Shown: positions 40,153 through 50,545, counted from the first letter of the stretch. The stretch is DNA of 64,000 bases from an uncultured bacterium (GCA_963837395.1 CAWINI010000003.1:519419-583418), one strand, 5' to 3'. Notes: generated by a model not told the origin, from the sequence alone. A program made the numbers and translations.

Positions 40153-41631
40153 TTAGCGTGGTTTCAGGAGCGGAAATAAGATTACTTCGCGGATGGAACG
40201 CACATTTGCAAACAACATGGTAAGGCGGTCGATTCCAATTCCTTCACCGCCGGTTGGAGGCATTCCATGTTCCAAGGCAGTGACGTAATCCTCATCCATG
40301 ACATGAGCTTCCTGGTCACCAGCTTCATGAGCGCGTAACTGTTCTTCAAATCGTAAACGTTGTTCAACAGGATCATTTAATTCACTATAAGCGTTCGCAA
40401 TTTCCATCGCACCCATATACAACTCAAAACGTTCTACAATTTCCGGATTCTCAGCACGAGACTTCGATAATGGGGAAAGCTCGCGGGGATAATCGATCAG
40501 AAAAACAGGGCCAGTCAGCTGATCTTCTACAAATTCATCAAACAATGCACCCCACAATTTTGCTTTCGAAAGTTTTGTCGCATCTTTAATATGTTTTTCA
40601 GCAGCAAACGCTCGCAACTTCGCTTCATCTTCCAAAACATCGGATGGTATTCCTGCAATTTCTTTCAATGAATCAGCAAAAGTTAATCGTTTCCATGGAC
40701 GCGCCAATGAAATTGTTTTTCCTTCAAACTCCAATTCATTTTTCCCAAGGATGTTTTGTGCCAGACCGCAGATCAAGTCTTCGGTTAGATCCATCAGATC
40801 GTTATAATCGAAATACGCCGTGTAAAATTCAAGCATTGTGAACTCCGGATTATGCATCGTAGAAATGCCTTCATTCCGAAAGTTTTTATTAATTTCATAC
40901 ACACGATCCAGACCGCCAACAGTTAATCTTTTCAAATACAATTCCGGGGCGATCCTCATATATAAATCCATGTCCAGAGCGTTGTGATGTGTTTTAAACG
41001 GACGCGCCAGCGCGCCCCCTGCAATCGCTTGCATCATTGGTGTTTCGACTTCAATAAAATCATGTGAGTTAAAAAAGTTACGCATGCCTGCAATAATTTT
41101 GCTGCGAATTTCAAAGATGCGGCGGACGTCCGGATTCACTACCAGATCCAGATAACGCTGTCTGTAGCGCAATTCAACATCCTGCAGGCCATGCCATTTC
41201 TCTGGAAGCGGCCGCAAGGCTTTGGACAAAAACGTAATGCTCTCCGTTTTTAATGTCAGCTCGCCGGTCTTAGTACGAAATACTTCGCCTTCAACTCCAA
41301 TGTAATCTCCGATATCCAGGCATTCATAGATTGCAAAATTTTGCTCACCGACAAAATCTTTTCGGACATAAACCTGAATTTGTGCGCCTTCTTGTTGCAA
41401 ATTCAGGAAGCCCGCTTTACCGTGTCCACGCATTGCAACAATTCTGCCGCTAATTTTTTCGCGATTCTTTTCCTGCTCCAATTGCTCTGAAGTTTTGTCT
41501 TTAAATTCTTGCAAAATAGCCGGAATGGTATTGGATGACTTGAATCCGCGAGGATACACATCGATCCCAAGATTGCGAAGTTTTTCTAACTTCTCACGTC
41601 TTTGTTGAATGTATTGTTCTTCCGTACTCAT
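40153..41631 (-). CDS. lysS: Lysine--tRNA ligase (class II)
   Basis: RYRQRYLDL, RIAPELYLKRL, FRNEG, GIGIDRL. Confidence 0.97.
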   Translation of the reverse strand: MSTEEQYIQQRREKLEKLRNLGIDVYPRGFKSSNTIPAILQEFKDKTSEQLEQEKNREKISGRIVAMRGHGKAGFLNLQQEGAQIQVYVRKDFVGEQNFAIYECLDIGDYIGVEGEVFRTKTGELTLKTESITFLSKALRPLPEKWHGLQDVELRYRQRYLDLVVNPDVRRIFEIRSKIIAGMRNFFNSHDFIEVETPMMQAIAGGALARPFKTHHNALDMDLYMRIAPELYLKRLTVGGLDRVYEINKNFRNEGISTMHNPEFTMLEFYTAYFDYNDLMDLTEDLICGLAQNILGKNELEFEGKTISLARPWKRLTFADSLKEIAGIPSDVLEDEAKLRAFAAEKHIKDATKLSKAKLWGALFDEFVEDQLTGPVFLIDYPRELSPLSKSRAENPEIVERFELYMGAMEIANAYSELNDPVEQRLRFEEQLRAHEAGDQEAHVMDEDYVTALEHGMPPTGGEGIGIDRLTMLFANVRSIREVILFPLLKPR

Positions 41632-41659
41632 CTGTTTGTGTGGGAAAAATTTGTTGGAA

Positions 41660-42200
41660 TTAGAGCTTTAGATTCTGCAGACCTGACAATGTTTTCTTAA
41701 TCGAATCCAAATGCGCTGCAGAAAAAAGTGAAGCATGTTGATCCAGCAGCTCCGATACTTTCGCAAAGTTGGCCTGATCATCCGGAAATAAAATCATGCC
41801 TTCTAAAAGCAAAATCCCTGAAATCGTAAATTCCTTACTGCTGATATCACCTTTAATTTCCGGTCACTTCATCACCCGGATCAACGCCGTAAACTTTCTT
41901 GAATTCTTCGAAGATCCGTTCCGCTTTTTGTTCCTTATAATAATGAGCAACCCCGGTGTACATTCCGCAAACAAGATAACTTACCTGGCTTCCGAAGGAA
42001 ACTTTATCGTTATCTGTTGCGGACGGATATTTTTTGTGGGCATAGGTCATGGCCATTGCCTTTACATCATCACCGGAAAAGTCGTCATGAACATCGATCG
42101 GATCTTTGTATCCGATGCTTTTAATCGTTTCTTCTGCTTCTTGTGGTGAAACGTTGAAAAAATCCAGCACAGCTTGTCGATCAAAATGCACTAACGGCAT
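41660..42200 (-). CDS. Hypothetical protein, apparently frameshifted near 41860
   Basis: 115-aa ORF; a shifted frame continues EIKGDISSKEF...GLQNLKL to a stop 28 nt before lysS. Confidence 0.55.
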
Positions 42201-42239
42201 AATTTCTTACTCCAACTGTAAGGATACTCGATGTTAGGC

Positions 42240-42598
42240 CTCGCGCAAAGACGCAATGTCGCAAAGCTTTTTTAACCACTGATGAACACGGCGCGGGCTG
42301 TGCCCGCAACCCAAAATTATTTACCGCAGAGTACAAGAGTATTTTGAACCACGGATGAACGCGGATTCACACGGATTTTAGATTAGTTTGCACAGTGAAA
42401 CTGAAAAAATATGGCAGGATTTTATCGACGCTGCTGTAGAAAAATCTTCTTAAGAAAACAAGAAAATGAATGTTTGTAGTACGGATTTTAGCTCAATTTA
42501 TCTAGGGCTCATTTAAGAAAAATATCCGTGTGCATCAGTGTTTATCCGTGGTTAATATAATCTCTTTATCTTCGCGAGCTTTTCCGCCTTTGCGAGAG
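42240..42598. mobile_element. Nested non-autonomous palindromic elements (MITE-like)
   Basis: Outer CGCAAAG IR; middle CACGGAT IR; 189-bp insert bounded by ACGG direct repeats. Confidence 0.7.
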
Positions 42599-42605
42599 AT
42601 TCTAC

Positions 42606-44393
42606 CTAAAAGGGGTAGGTGTTGGCTTCAAGCATTTTATCTGAGAGTTTGCGACGGATTTCAATGGTATTAAGCGGTGGAAATTTCAGGAAACGTTTAA
42701 GTGCAGCAAGATTGGTACGCAACATATCGCCTTCCGAAATAGCAGCCATTACATTTTTGGCTCGATCTTCAACACGACCAATCGCATCATTAATATAAAG
42801 CTGTGTCATCAAGACATAAAAACGCGCTTTCTCCTCACCTCCTGAATTAGCCATTTTCAAAGTTCGCAACAACGCGCTTTCTGCGGCCCATGCTTCCATT
42901 ACAATATCGCTGAGCATGCCCATAATTTCCTGTTCTTCTTCGATCGCAGCCATATACTTTTGCAAAGCAAGTCCAGCAGTAAGTAATCCAATTTTCTTAA
43001 TATTCCTTACCGCTTTTCTTTCACGATCCAAAAGACCACCACCGTCATCTTCAGGCGAAGCAAATGCAAGAACTTCATCTTGCAATTTCTGAGCTGCCGC
43101 CATCAAAGGTAATTCTCCTTTCATGGTGCGTTTCAAAAGCATTCCCAAAACCAACAAACGATTGATTTCATTTGTACCTTCAAAAATGCGGTTGATCCGT
43201 GCATCACGATACGCCATCTCTACCGGATATTCCTGGCTGTAACCATAGCCGCCAAAAATTTGTACCGCTTCATCAACTATATAATCTAAAAATTCGCTGC
43301 CCATTACTTTGATCGCAGCGCATTCCACCGCATATTCTTCCATCGCTTTCAAAGCTTGCTGCGGATTTTCCAAATCAACTCTAGCCAGTGCGCCATCCAG
43401 CAAACCGGCTGTGCGATACACCATGCTGTCCCCAACAAAAGCAAGTGTCGCCATTTCACCTAATTTATGTTTGATTGCTCCAAAACTGCCGATCGATTTA
43501 CCGAATTGATGACGCTCATTTGCATACTTCACTGCAGCATCGATGCAATTTTTTGCGCCACCTAAACATGCTGCACCAAGCTTGAAACGTCCAATGTTTA
43601 AAATATTGAACGCAATTTTGTGCCCTTTCCCGATTTCACCAAGTAAGTTTTCTGCTGGAACATGCACATCTTCTAAGATCACTGCCCGAGTGGATGATCC
43701 ATTGATTCCCATTTTCTTTTCTTCTGCGCCGGTGGAAACACCAGGGAATCCTTTTTCTACGATGAAGCAACTGAACTTATCACCATCAATTTTTGCGAAG
43801 GTTATAAAGATGTCCGCAAATCCAGCGTTAGTAATCCACATCTTCGTACCATTCAAAATGTATTCTTTCCCATCAGGCGAAAGAACTGCAGTAGTGCGTG
43901 CTGCCAATGCATCGGAGCCGGATTGAGCTTCAGTTAAAGCGTAGGAAGAAAGAAGTTCGGCACTAACAAACTTTGGAAGATATTTTTTCTTCTGCTCTTC
44001 AGTTCCAAAATAAACAATCGGTAAGCTTCCGATTCCAGTATGGCCGCCGTAGGAAACAGCAAACGATCCATATTTAGTCATCTTCTCAGCAACCAGCATT
44101 GCTGATACTTTGTCCAAACCAAGACCGGAATATTTTTCCGGAACCTCAACACCGCACAAACCTAGATCTGCGGCTTTTTTTAGAAGTTCAACAGTGACTG
44201 ATAAATCTTTTTTCTCCATCCGTTCTTTTTGCGGAAGCACATCATTGATCATGAACTCTTCAACGGTTTTCGCAATCATCTTTTGCTCTTCCGAAAAATC
44301 CTCAGGCGTAAACACATCGGACGGAGATACTTCTTCTACAAGAAAACCACCGCCCTTCATTCCTAGCTTTAGTTCTTCTAATACGGTACTCAT
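42606..44393 (-). CDS. fadE: Acyl-CoA dehydrogenase
   Basis: YALTEAQSGSDA, KMWITN, QIFGGYG, RIFEGTNEINR. Confidence 0.93.
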   Translation of the reverse strand: MSTVLEELKLGMKGGGFLVEEVSPSDVFTPEDFSEEQKMIAKTVEEFMINDVLPQKERMEKKDLSVTVELLKKAADLGLCGVEVPEKYSGLGLDKVSAMLVAEKMTKYGSFAVSYGGHTGIGSLPIVYFGTEEQKKKYLPKFVSAELLSSYALTEAQSGSDALAARTTAVLSPDGKEYILNGTKMWITNAGFADIFITFAKIDGDKFSCFIVEKGFPGVSTGAEEKKMGINGSSTRAVILEDVHVPAENLLGEIGKGHKIAFNILNIGRFKLGAACLGGAKNCIDAAVKYANERHQFGKSIGSFGAIKHKLGEMATLAFVGDSMVYRTAGLLDGALARVDLENPQQALKAMEEYAVECAAIKVMGSEFLDYIVDEAVQIFGGYGYSQEYPVEMAYRDARINRIFEGTNEINRLLVLGMLLKRTMKGELPLMAAAQKLQDEVLAFASPEDDGGGLLDRERKAVRNIKKIGLLTAGLALQKYMAAIEEEQEIMGMLSDIVMEAWAAESALLRTLKMANSGGEEKARFYVLMTQLYINDAIGRVEDRAKNVMAAISEGDMLRTNLAALKRFLKFPPLNTIEIRRKLSDKMLEANTYPF

Positions 44394-44444
44394 GATTTTT
44401 GTCTACTATTAATCTTAGGTTCTCTAAGGCAAGATCACAAATTC

Positions 44445-45323
44445 CTAGAACAGGCCGCCCATGTAACAAGCATCAAAACGCCAGCTTCCCTCCTCTTTTA
44501 ACATCCGAACTAAATAAAGAGCATCTCCACCTTCTTCACTCATTTGCCCTTTGACTTCCAGGGTTGCTTTGTCTGCGAATTGCTCCCCGCCTAATATCTT
44601 CAGGCTCGTTCCTTTGGGCAGAAGAAAACTTACTGAGTCAACAACTGATGCTGCTTTTTCCGCAGGAGTTTCTGCATAGGCACTTTCAAGTACTCGCGAT
44701 GAAGCTGTGGCTTGAAGTTGATTCCAATTTTTCGATTTGACCGCGGCAAGAAACGCCGTAAAGGCCTCACCCGGTTGACCACCACCCTCAGTGAGTTTTT
44801 CACCAGCGGGGGGACGTGAAATTGGAGCATCGAAACTGACATCGAGTTCATACGTTTCGCCTGTCATTGATTTCACCGGCTTTGTTGTGTGTATACGTCC
44901 TGCAATCCGATTTGGACTATTTTCAGTAAACAATGCTTCTAGACTTTCAGCAGACAATCCACTTCCACCCTTTGTTGAATCGATGTACTGAGTCATTCCC
45001 TTGCTGAATGTTGCATTCATTCCTACGTAACCATCTGGCTGAATCCAAAAAGTTATGTAGTTTTTATCTTGCATGCCTTCTTGATTGATCAATGCCATTC
45101 GCGGATCCAGGCCTTCAAACGCTTGAGCAACATCCATTGTGCCTTCTGCAAGAATGACTGCCGTTATCCACTTCAATGGATCTTTAGGTGAACGCACTGG
45201 AATTGCAACAGCTGCCTTGGGTTTGATTACATCCTTGCTTGTCTTAAATTGACCTGTTACTTTCTGTGCAAATGCTGCGGTTGCAAATGCAAATACGATG
45301 ATGCTGATAAGAATTCGTTTCAC
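44445..45323 (-). CDS. Secreted hypothetical protein
   Basis: GGAGGGAG SD, GTG start, signal peptide AFA/Q, C-terminal KEEGSWR. Confidence 0.72.
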   Translation of the reverse strand: MKRILISIIVFAFATAAFAQKVTGQFKTSKDVIKPKAAVAIPVRSPKDPLKWITAVILAEGTMDVAQAFEGLDPRMALINQEGMQDKNYITFWIQPDGYVGMNATFSKGMTQYIDSTKGGSGLSAESLEALFTENSPNRIAGRIHTTKPVKSMTGETYELDVSFDAPISRPPAGEKLTEGGGQPGEAFTAFLAAVKSKNWNQLQATASSRVLESAYAETPAEKAASVVDSVSFLLPKGTSLKILGGEQFADKATLEVKGQMSEEGGDALYLVRMLKEEGSWRFDACYMGGLF

Positions 45324-45339
45324 GTCACTCCCTCCTTCC

Positions 45340-45369
45340 TCACGTTTTCACGTTTCACGTTTCACGCTT
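45340..45369. repeat. Heptamer tandem (TTTCACG)n
   Basis: tcacgttttcacgtttcacgtttcacgct. Confidence 0.75.
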
Positions 45370-45374
45370 TATGG

Positions 45375-46568
45375 TCACACTTCAAAAATCCCTGCCGCAC
45401 CCATACCGCCGCCCACACACATGGTAACCATCCCGTATCCGCCTCCCCGGCGTTTCAATTCATGAATCACGCTGATGGTTAATTTTGCGCCTGTACATCC
45501 AAGCGGGTGTCCTAATGCAATTGCTCCGCCATTTGGATTGACAACATCCTGATCTAACTTTGCTTCGCGGATTACAGCGAGTGATTGACCTGCAAACGCT
45601 TCATTGAGTTCAATCACTTTGATATCGGAGAGATTTAAACCTGCTAACTTCAGTGCTTTAGGGATCGCTGTTACCGGACCAATTCCGAATAATTCAGGCG
45701 GCACACCAGCATAAGAATAGCTGACATAGCGTGCGAGCGGTTGAAGTCCATGCTTTTCCATTTTCTTCCGTGACATTAACAAAACTGCAGCAGTCCCATC
45801 ACTGGTTTGCGATGAATTGCCGGCGGTCACCGAACCATCTTTTTTGAAAGATGGTTTCAATGACAATAGCGCTTCCATGCTGGTATCGCGCCTTGGACCT
45901 TCATCTATTTCAAAACGGATTTTCCTGGTTTGTCTTTTTCCATTTTCCAAATACACTTCTTCAAATTCCAATGGAACAATTTCTTCTTCGAAATTTCCTG
46001 CATCGATTGCTGTTAACGCTTTTTGATGTGATTGAAATGAGAATCGATCTTGATCTTCGCGACTGATTTGGTATTTTTTTATTAAACCTTCAGTGCCAAG
46101 TCCCATAGAGATGTAAGCTTCAGGATGTTGTTCAATCAATGCAGGATTTGGAACGACGCGATGTCCGCCCATTGGAATTAAGCTCATGCTTTCCATGCCG
46201 CCGGCCAGAATACAATCAGCGGATCCTGAAATAATCCGCTCCGCACCAAATGCAATCGCTTGCAGACCAGACGCACAAAATCGATTGATGGTAATCGCTG
46301 ATGTTTCTACTGGAAGTCCCGCGCGTAAAGCTGCCATGCGTGCAACATTGAGCCCTTGCTCCGCTTCGGGCATTGCACAACCCATAATCACATCTTCAAT
46401 CTCCTCTGCCTTGACGTTTGGTGCACGTTTCAAAACTTCTTGAAATACGGTTGCAGCCATATCATCCGGACGTGTATTGCGCAATGTTCCGCGCGGCGCT
46501 TTACCAACAGCGGTACGCGTTCCTGCAACAATAAATACTTCCCTTGGATTCTTTTCTATGTGCTTCAT
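45375..46568 (-). CDS. fadA: Acetyl-CoA C-acyltransferase (thiolase)
   Basis: NRFCASG, NEAF, GHPLG, CVGGG. Confidence 0.95.
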   Translation of the reverse strand: MKHIEKNPREVFIVAGTRTAVGKAPRGTLRNTRPDDMAATVFQEVLKRAPNVKAEEIEDVIMGCAMPEAEQGLNVARMAALRAGLPVETSAITINRFCASGLQAIAFGAERIISGSADCILAGGMESMSLIPMGGHRVVPNPALIEQHPEAYISMGLGTEGLIKKYQISREDQDRFSFQSHQKALTAIDAGNFEEEIVPLEFEEVYLENGKRQTRKIRFEIDEGPRRDTSMEALLSLKPSFKKDGSVTAGNSSQTSDGTAAVLLMSRKKMEKHGLQPLARYVSYSYAGVPPELFGIGPVTAIPKALKLAGLNLSDIKVIELNEAFAGQSLAVIREAKLDQDVVNPNGGAIALGHPLGCTGAKLTISVIHELKRRGGGYGMVTMCVGGGMGAAGIFEV

Positions 46569-46585
46569 AATTACCTACCTCTCTA

Positions 46586-46630
46586 CGCAATTTCGGATTG
46601 CGGATTTCGGATTGCGGGCATCCCGCGCTC
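46586..46630. repeat. Heptamer tandem (CGGATTK)n fused to a REP-like hairpin
   Basis: tttcggattgcggatttcggattgcgggcatcccgcgctc. Confidence 0.7.
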
Positions 46631-46631
46631 A

Positions 46632-48947
46632 TTAATTCCTCAGTGGTTTACCGGTTTTTAGCATGTGTTGGATGCGTTCCTGGGTTTTCCTTTCACCTAA
46701 CAATGATAGGAAGGCTTCGCGTTCCATATCTAACATGAATTGTTCGTTCACGCGGGTTGGCTCAGTCAGATCGCCGCCAGTCATGATCCATGCAATTTTT
46801 TCAGCGAGTTTCTGATCATAGTCGCTGATGAATCCGGCTTCTTTCATCAAATAAATGCCGGCCTGCAGGTAGGCATAACCCGCGCGGCCAGTTAATAGGA
46901 TATTGGTTCGCCGCTGCGGCTGCCTGTAATTTTTCGCAAGCTGCAACACAACATTTTTCGCATCTTGGATCACACGGTCACCATTCATACTGAACGTATC
47001 TGAATCCGCATAGTAGCCGAGTTTTTTTGCTTCCAAAGCCGAATGTGAAACTTTCGCTAATGCCACGGTTTCAAAAGCACTCCGCAAATATGGAAATGGA
47101 TCAGCACCGGGTAAACACTTGCTCAGGTTCTTCATATAAATTTCTTTCGTTCCGGTCCCTGCTGGAATCAATCCAACTCCGATTTCTACCAATCCTGTAT
47201 AAACTTCCGATGCAGAATGGATTGCATCAGCTCCCATACTGACTTCACATCCGCCTCCTAACGCTAATCCAAAAGGTGCAGCAACAACTGGTTTTGCAGA
47301 ATATCGCAACGACATCACCATCTGCTGAAATGCTTTGATTATTCCATTCAGTTCATCCCAATTTTCTTCCTGAGCTTCCAACAACAGCAACATCAAATTA
47401 GCGCCTGCCGAAAAATTTTCGCCTTGATTCCCGATCACTAAACCTTCGAAATCTTTTTCCACAATTTCAATTGAAGACTTCACCATTTGAATTGTGTCGC
47501 CACCAATTGCATTCATCTTTGAATGAAATTCAAGACAGGCAACACCATCACCGATATCAATAAGACTTGCGCCTGAATTCTTTTTAATTACGCGATTCTG
47601 ATGTTTGTATTGATCTAAAACCAAAACACCTTCCGGACGCGGGGCCGGCCGGTATTCAAGAGCGAAAATATCCCAATATTGAGATTGATCCTTATCAACG
47701 CGATAGAATTTTGGATCGGGGTGAGCAAGCATCAAGTCCATCCACTGCGGAAAACGTCTTCCTTGTTCACGCATCCGTTCAACCGACTTCCGAACGCCAA
47801 TTGCATCCCATGTTTCAAATAACCCATGCGACCAGTGGAATCCCCATTTCATCGAATTATCAACATTCACGATGTCATCTGAAATTTCTGGAATTCGATT
47901 CGCAGCGTAAGCCAGTAACGGCATAATTGTTTTTCGAATGAAAGTCCCTGCACGATCTTTTGATCGGATTAAATTTGCAATGCGTTCGCTTGGATCTTCC
48001 ATCGATCGAATTAATTCAATCGATGGAAATACAATTTTTTTCTGCGGACGATACTCCATCGTTTTCGGATCTAACACCAAAATTCCATCCGGTGTTTTCT
48101 TGTAGAAACCTTGACCGGTTTTTTGTCCAAACCATCCACGCGCGATAACTTCTTCAAGAAATTTCGGGAGTTTGAAAACATCACGCTCTTCATCGTTTGG
48201 TGCATTTTCGTAAAGATTTCGTGCCACCATTCCCAAAATGTCGATGCCTACAAGATCAAACAAACGGAAGGTTGCTGTTTTGGGATGACCGATTATTGGT
48301 CCGGTTAAAAGATCAACTTCTTCGATGGTGTAATCCTCTTCTAACATTACTTTCAAAGTTAAAAGCGCAGCATATGTACCAAGTCTGTTTGCAATAAAGT
48401 TCGGAGTATCTTTTGCGTAAACAATTCCTTTGCCTAAACGTTTGTCACCAAAATCTGCAATTTCATGCAGCAAAGCTTCATTAGTTTCCGGTGTTGGAAT
48501 TAATTCCAGAAGTTTCAAATAACGCGGAGGATTGAAGAAATGCGTACCGAACCAGCGATTCTTGAATTCTTCAGGCATTTCTGCAGCGATGTTTCCGAGC
48601 GGCAAACCTGAGGTATTGGACGTTACAATAGCATCAGGATTCAAATGAGGCGAAATTGATTTCAGCAATGCACGTTTTGCTTCCAAATCTTCAACGATCG
48701 CTTCAATCACCCAATCTGCTTCATTCAACCGTGTGAAATCCGGACCAAATTCCAGAGGCTCAACAAATGATACCGAAGATGAATCGAATAATGGTGCCGG
48801 ATCCAGCTTTTTTAACTTATCGATTCCAGCTTTGGCAAGGCCTGGCATATCGAACAGAAGTGATGGAATCGATGCATTTGCAAAATGAGCCGCAATTTGC
48901 GATCCCATTGTGCCTGCTCCCAATACAGCAATTTTTTTAATTCGCAT
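46632..48947 (-). CDS. fadN: 3-hydroxyacyl-CoA dehydrogenase / enoyl-CoA hydratase
   Basis: GAGTMG, SNTSG, HFFNPPRY, GGGCE, TGKPLRN. Confidence 0.93.
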   Translation of the reverse strand: MRIKKIAVLGAGTMGSQIAAHFANASIPSLLFDMPGLAKAGIDKLKKLDPAPLFDSSSVSFVEPLEFGPDFTRLNEADWVIEAIVEDLEAKRALLKSISPHLNPDAIVTSNTSGLPLGNIAAEMPEEFKNRWFGTHFFNPPRYLKLLELIPTPETNEALLHEIADFGDKRLGKGIVYAKDTPNFIANRLGTYAALLTLKVMLEEDYTIEEVDLLTGPIIGHPKTATFRLFDLVGIDILGMVARNLYENAPNDEERDVFKLPKFLEEVIARGWFGQKTGQGFYKKTPDGILVLDPKTMEYRPQKKIVFPSIELIRSMEDPSERIANLIRSKDRAGTFIRKTIMPLLAYAANRIPEISDDIVNVDNSMKWGFHWSHGLFETWDAIGVRKSVERMREQGRRFPQWMDLMLAHPDPKFYRVDKDQSQYWDIFALEYRPAPRPEGVLVLDQYKHQNRVIKKNSGASLIDIGDGVACLEFHSKMNAIGGDTIQMVKSSIEIVEKDFEGLVIGNQGENFSAGANLMLLLLEAQEENWDELNGIIKAFQQMVMSLRYSAKPVVAAPFGLALGGGCEVSMGADAIHSASEVYTGLVEIGVGLIPAGTGTKEIYMKNLSKCLPGADPFPYLRSAFETVALAKVSHSALEAKKLGYYADSDTFSMNGDRVIQDAKNVVLQLAKNYRQPQRRTNILLTGRAGYAYLQAGIYLMKEAGFISDYDQKLAEKIAWIMTGGDLTEPTRVNEQFMLDMEREAFLSLLGERKTQERIQHMLKTGKPLRN

Positions 48948-49002
48948 AGATAATCCTTGAACCACGGAGCCGCGGAGAAGCGGAGTCTTTCATTTTTTAT
49001 TT

Positions 49003-49428
49003 TTAATTTTTGATTTTTTCTAGAGCGTTGATACCGGCGCGTGCGACTTGCTCATCCTGATCGGGGGTTCCTGAGCTGCATCCAACAGCCCCAACACACT
49101 CACCATCGATGATGATCGGCACTCCACCACCAAAAATCATGAAGCGGCCCTGGTTGCTTACATGAATTCCAAATGCAGGACCATTGGGAGCGCCAACTGC
49201 CTTATATTCGCTCGTTGGCCGGCGCGTTCCGGCAGCAGTGAAAGCTTTATCGATTGCAATTTGAATGCTGGTGACTTTGCCGCGATCCATTCGATAAAAT
49301 CCTAACAAATTCCCGCCATCATCTACCACTGCAATATCCATGTCTACACCAATATTGGTGGCTTCCTCTTCAGCAGCGGCCAGGATCTTCTTTACATCAG
49401 CAAATTCCAGTCTGGGAACTTTTTTCAT
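49003..49428 (-). CDS. GlcG/HbpS haem-binding protein
   Basis: AVVDDGG, AIDKAFTA, GGGVPI, GAVGCSSG. Confidence 0.85.
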   Translation of the reverse strand: MKKVPRLEFADVKKILAAAEEEATNIGVDMDIAVVDDGGNLLGFYRMDRGKVTSIQIAIDKAFTAAGTRRPTSEYKAVGAPNGPAFGIHVSNQGRFMIFGGGVPIIIDGECVGAVGCSSGTPDQDEQVARAGINALEKIKN

Positions 49429-50465
49429 GGCTGTACCATCGGAAGATTACGTACTATAACTATAGTATTATTGTCCTTACCTGATTGTAAGGTTTGGCCG
49501 TCTTTTGCCTGTTCTCTACGGATGTAGCCCAAACCTATGTTCAGTTTTTTTAGTGGCGAATATGCGACGCTGGTGATTCTTCCAACTTCCTTTTCTCCGA
49601 AATGCAACTTCTGCTCCGGTTTTAACTCCGCTCCCGATTCGAGCCCCATCAAGATTTTGTTTACATGACCCTGAGCATCCAGACGTGCGATCACTTCCTG
49701 CCCCAGATAACATCCTTTCGTAAAACTGATCGCTTTATCCAATCGGCTTTCCTGCGGAAGATTGGAATCATCAAAATCCAGGCCCAGCACCGGCAATCCA
49801 GTTTCAATTCGAAAAATGTCAAAAGCACGTTGTCCGATCGGTTGTAGATCTAAAGAGTTCAAAAGGTCTGTTGCCGAACCAGCTGGCACAAGGATCGAAT
49901 ATCCGGTGCCCATGCGGATGATTTGACTTTCAATTCCATTCACCGATGCTGATTGAAACGAAAGTTCTTCTGTGGGCAATGATTGAATGCCTTTCGATTG
50001 CAAAACTGCTGCAGCATCCGGACCAAAGATCTGGAATAAACCAAATTCGTCGGAAACATCAATCATCCGAAGTTGTTCGCTGATCACATATCGATCAAGA
50101 CCTTTAATCACGCGATCCAGTGCATGACGCTGCAAGATCATCATCAAAAAATCTTCAAAGCGATAAATCTTCATATCGCCTTGAATATGACCCTTGATGT
50201 CCAGAAAGAGTGCCCAAACACCTTTACCAGTTTGAAGTGATTTCACATCGTTAGAAATCATGCGATGCAGGAAATTTTGCGCATCGCGACCGGTAATTTT
50301 GGCTTTGCCGAAAAAACTTGCATCACGAATACCAGCATTTTTTCTCAATGCCCAATATTCTTTTTCAACGTCGCCATAAGAAGATGGAACTTCAACTCCG
50401 AAAAAATCTTCAAATTCGGCACCGCGGTTTTTATGCCAATCGTTAGTTATCAATTTCATAGTCAT
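49425..50465 (-). CDS. YgfZ/GcvT-like folate-binding protein
   Basis: KGCYLGQE motif. Confidence 0.88.
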   Translation of the reverse strand: MTMKLITNDWHKNRGAEFEDFFGVEVPSSYGDVEKEYWALRKNAGIRDASFFGKAKITGRDAQNFLHRMISNDVKSLQTGKGVWALFLDIKGHIQGDMKIYRFEDFLMMILQRHALDRVIKGLDRYVISEQLRMIDVSDEFGLFQIFGPDAAAVLQSKGIQSLPTEELSFQSASVNGIESQIIRMGTGYSILVPAGSATDLLNSLDLQPIGQRAFDIFRIETGLPVLGLDFDDSNLPQESRLDKAISFTKGCYLGQEVIARLDAQGHVNKILMGLESGAELKPEQKLHFGEKEVGRITSVAYSPLKKLNIGLGYIRREQAKDGQTLQSGKDNNTIVIVRNLPMVQP

Positions 50466-50482
50466 CTTGTTTTCACATCACT

Positions 50483-50545
50483 CGTAAAACGTAATGCGTA
50501 AAACGTAATGCGCTTTGAAGCGTCTGTTTACGTTTTACGTTTCAC
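50483..50545. repeat. Inverted heptamer array (CGTAAAA)n
   Basis: cgtaaaacgtaatgcgtaaaacgtaatg ... tttacgttttacgtttcac. Confidence 0.88.

Noticed and set aside
41632-41860. prfB or a lysine/T-box leader upstream of lysS
   Set aside because: The region reads as the frameshifted tail of the upstream hypothetical gene; no RF2 or riboswitch motifs seen
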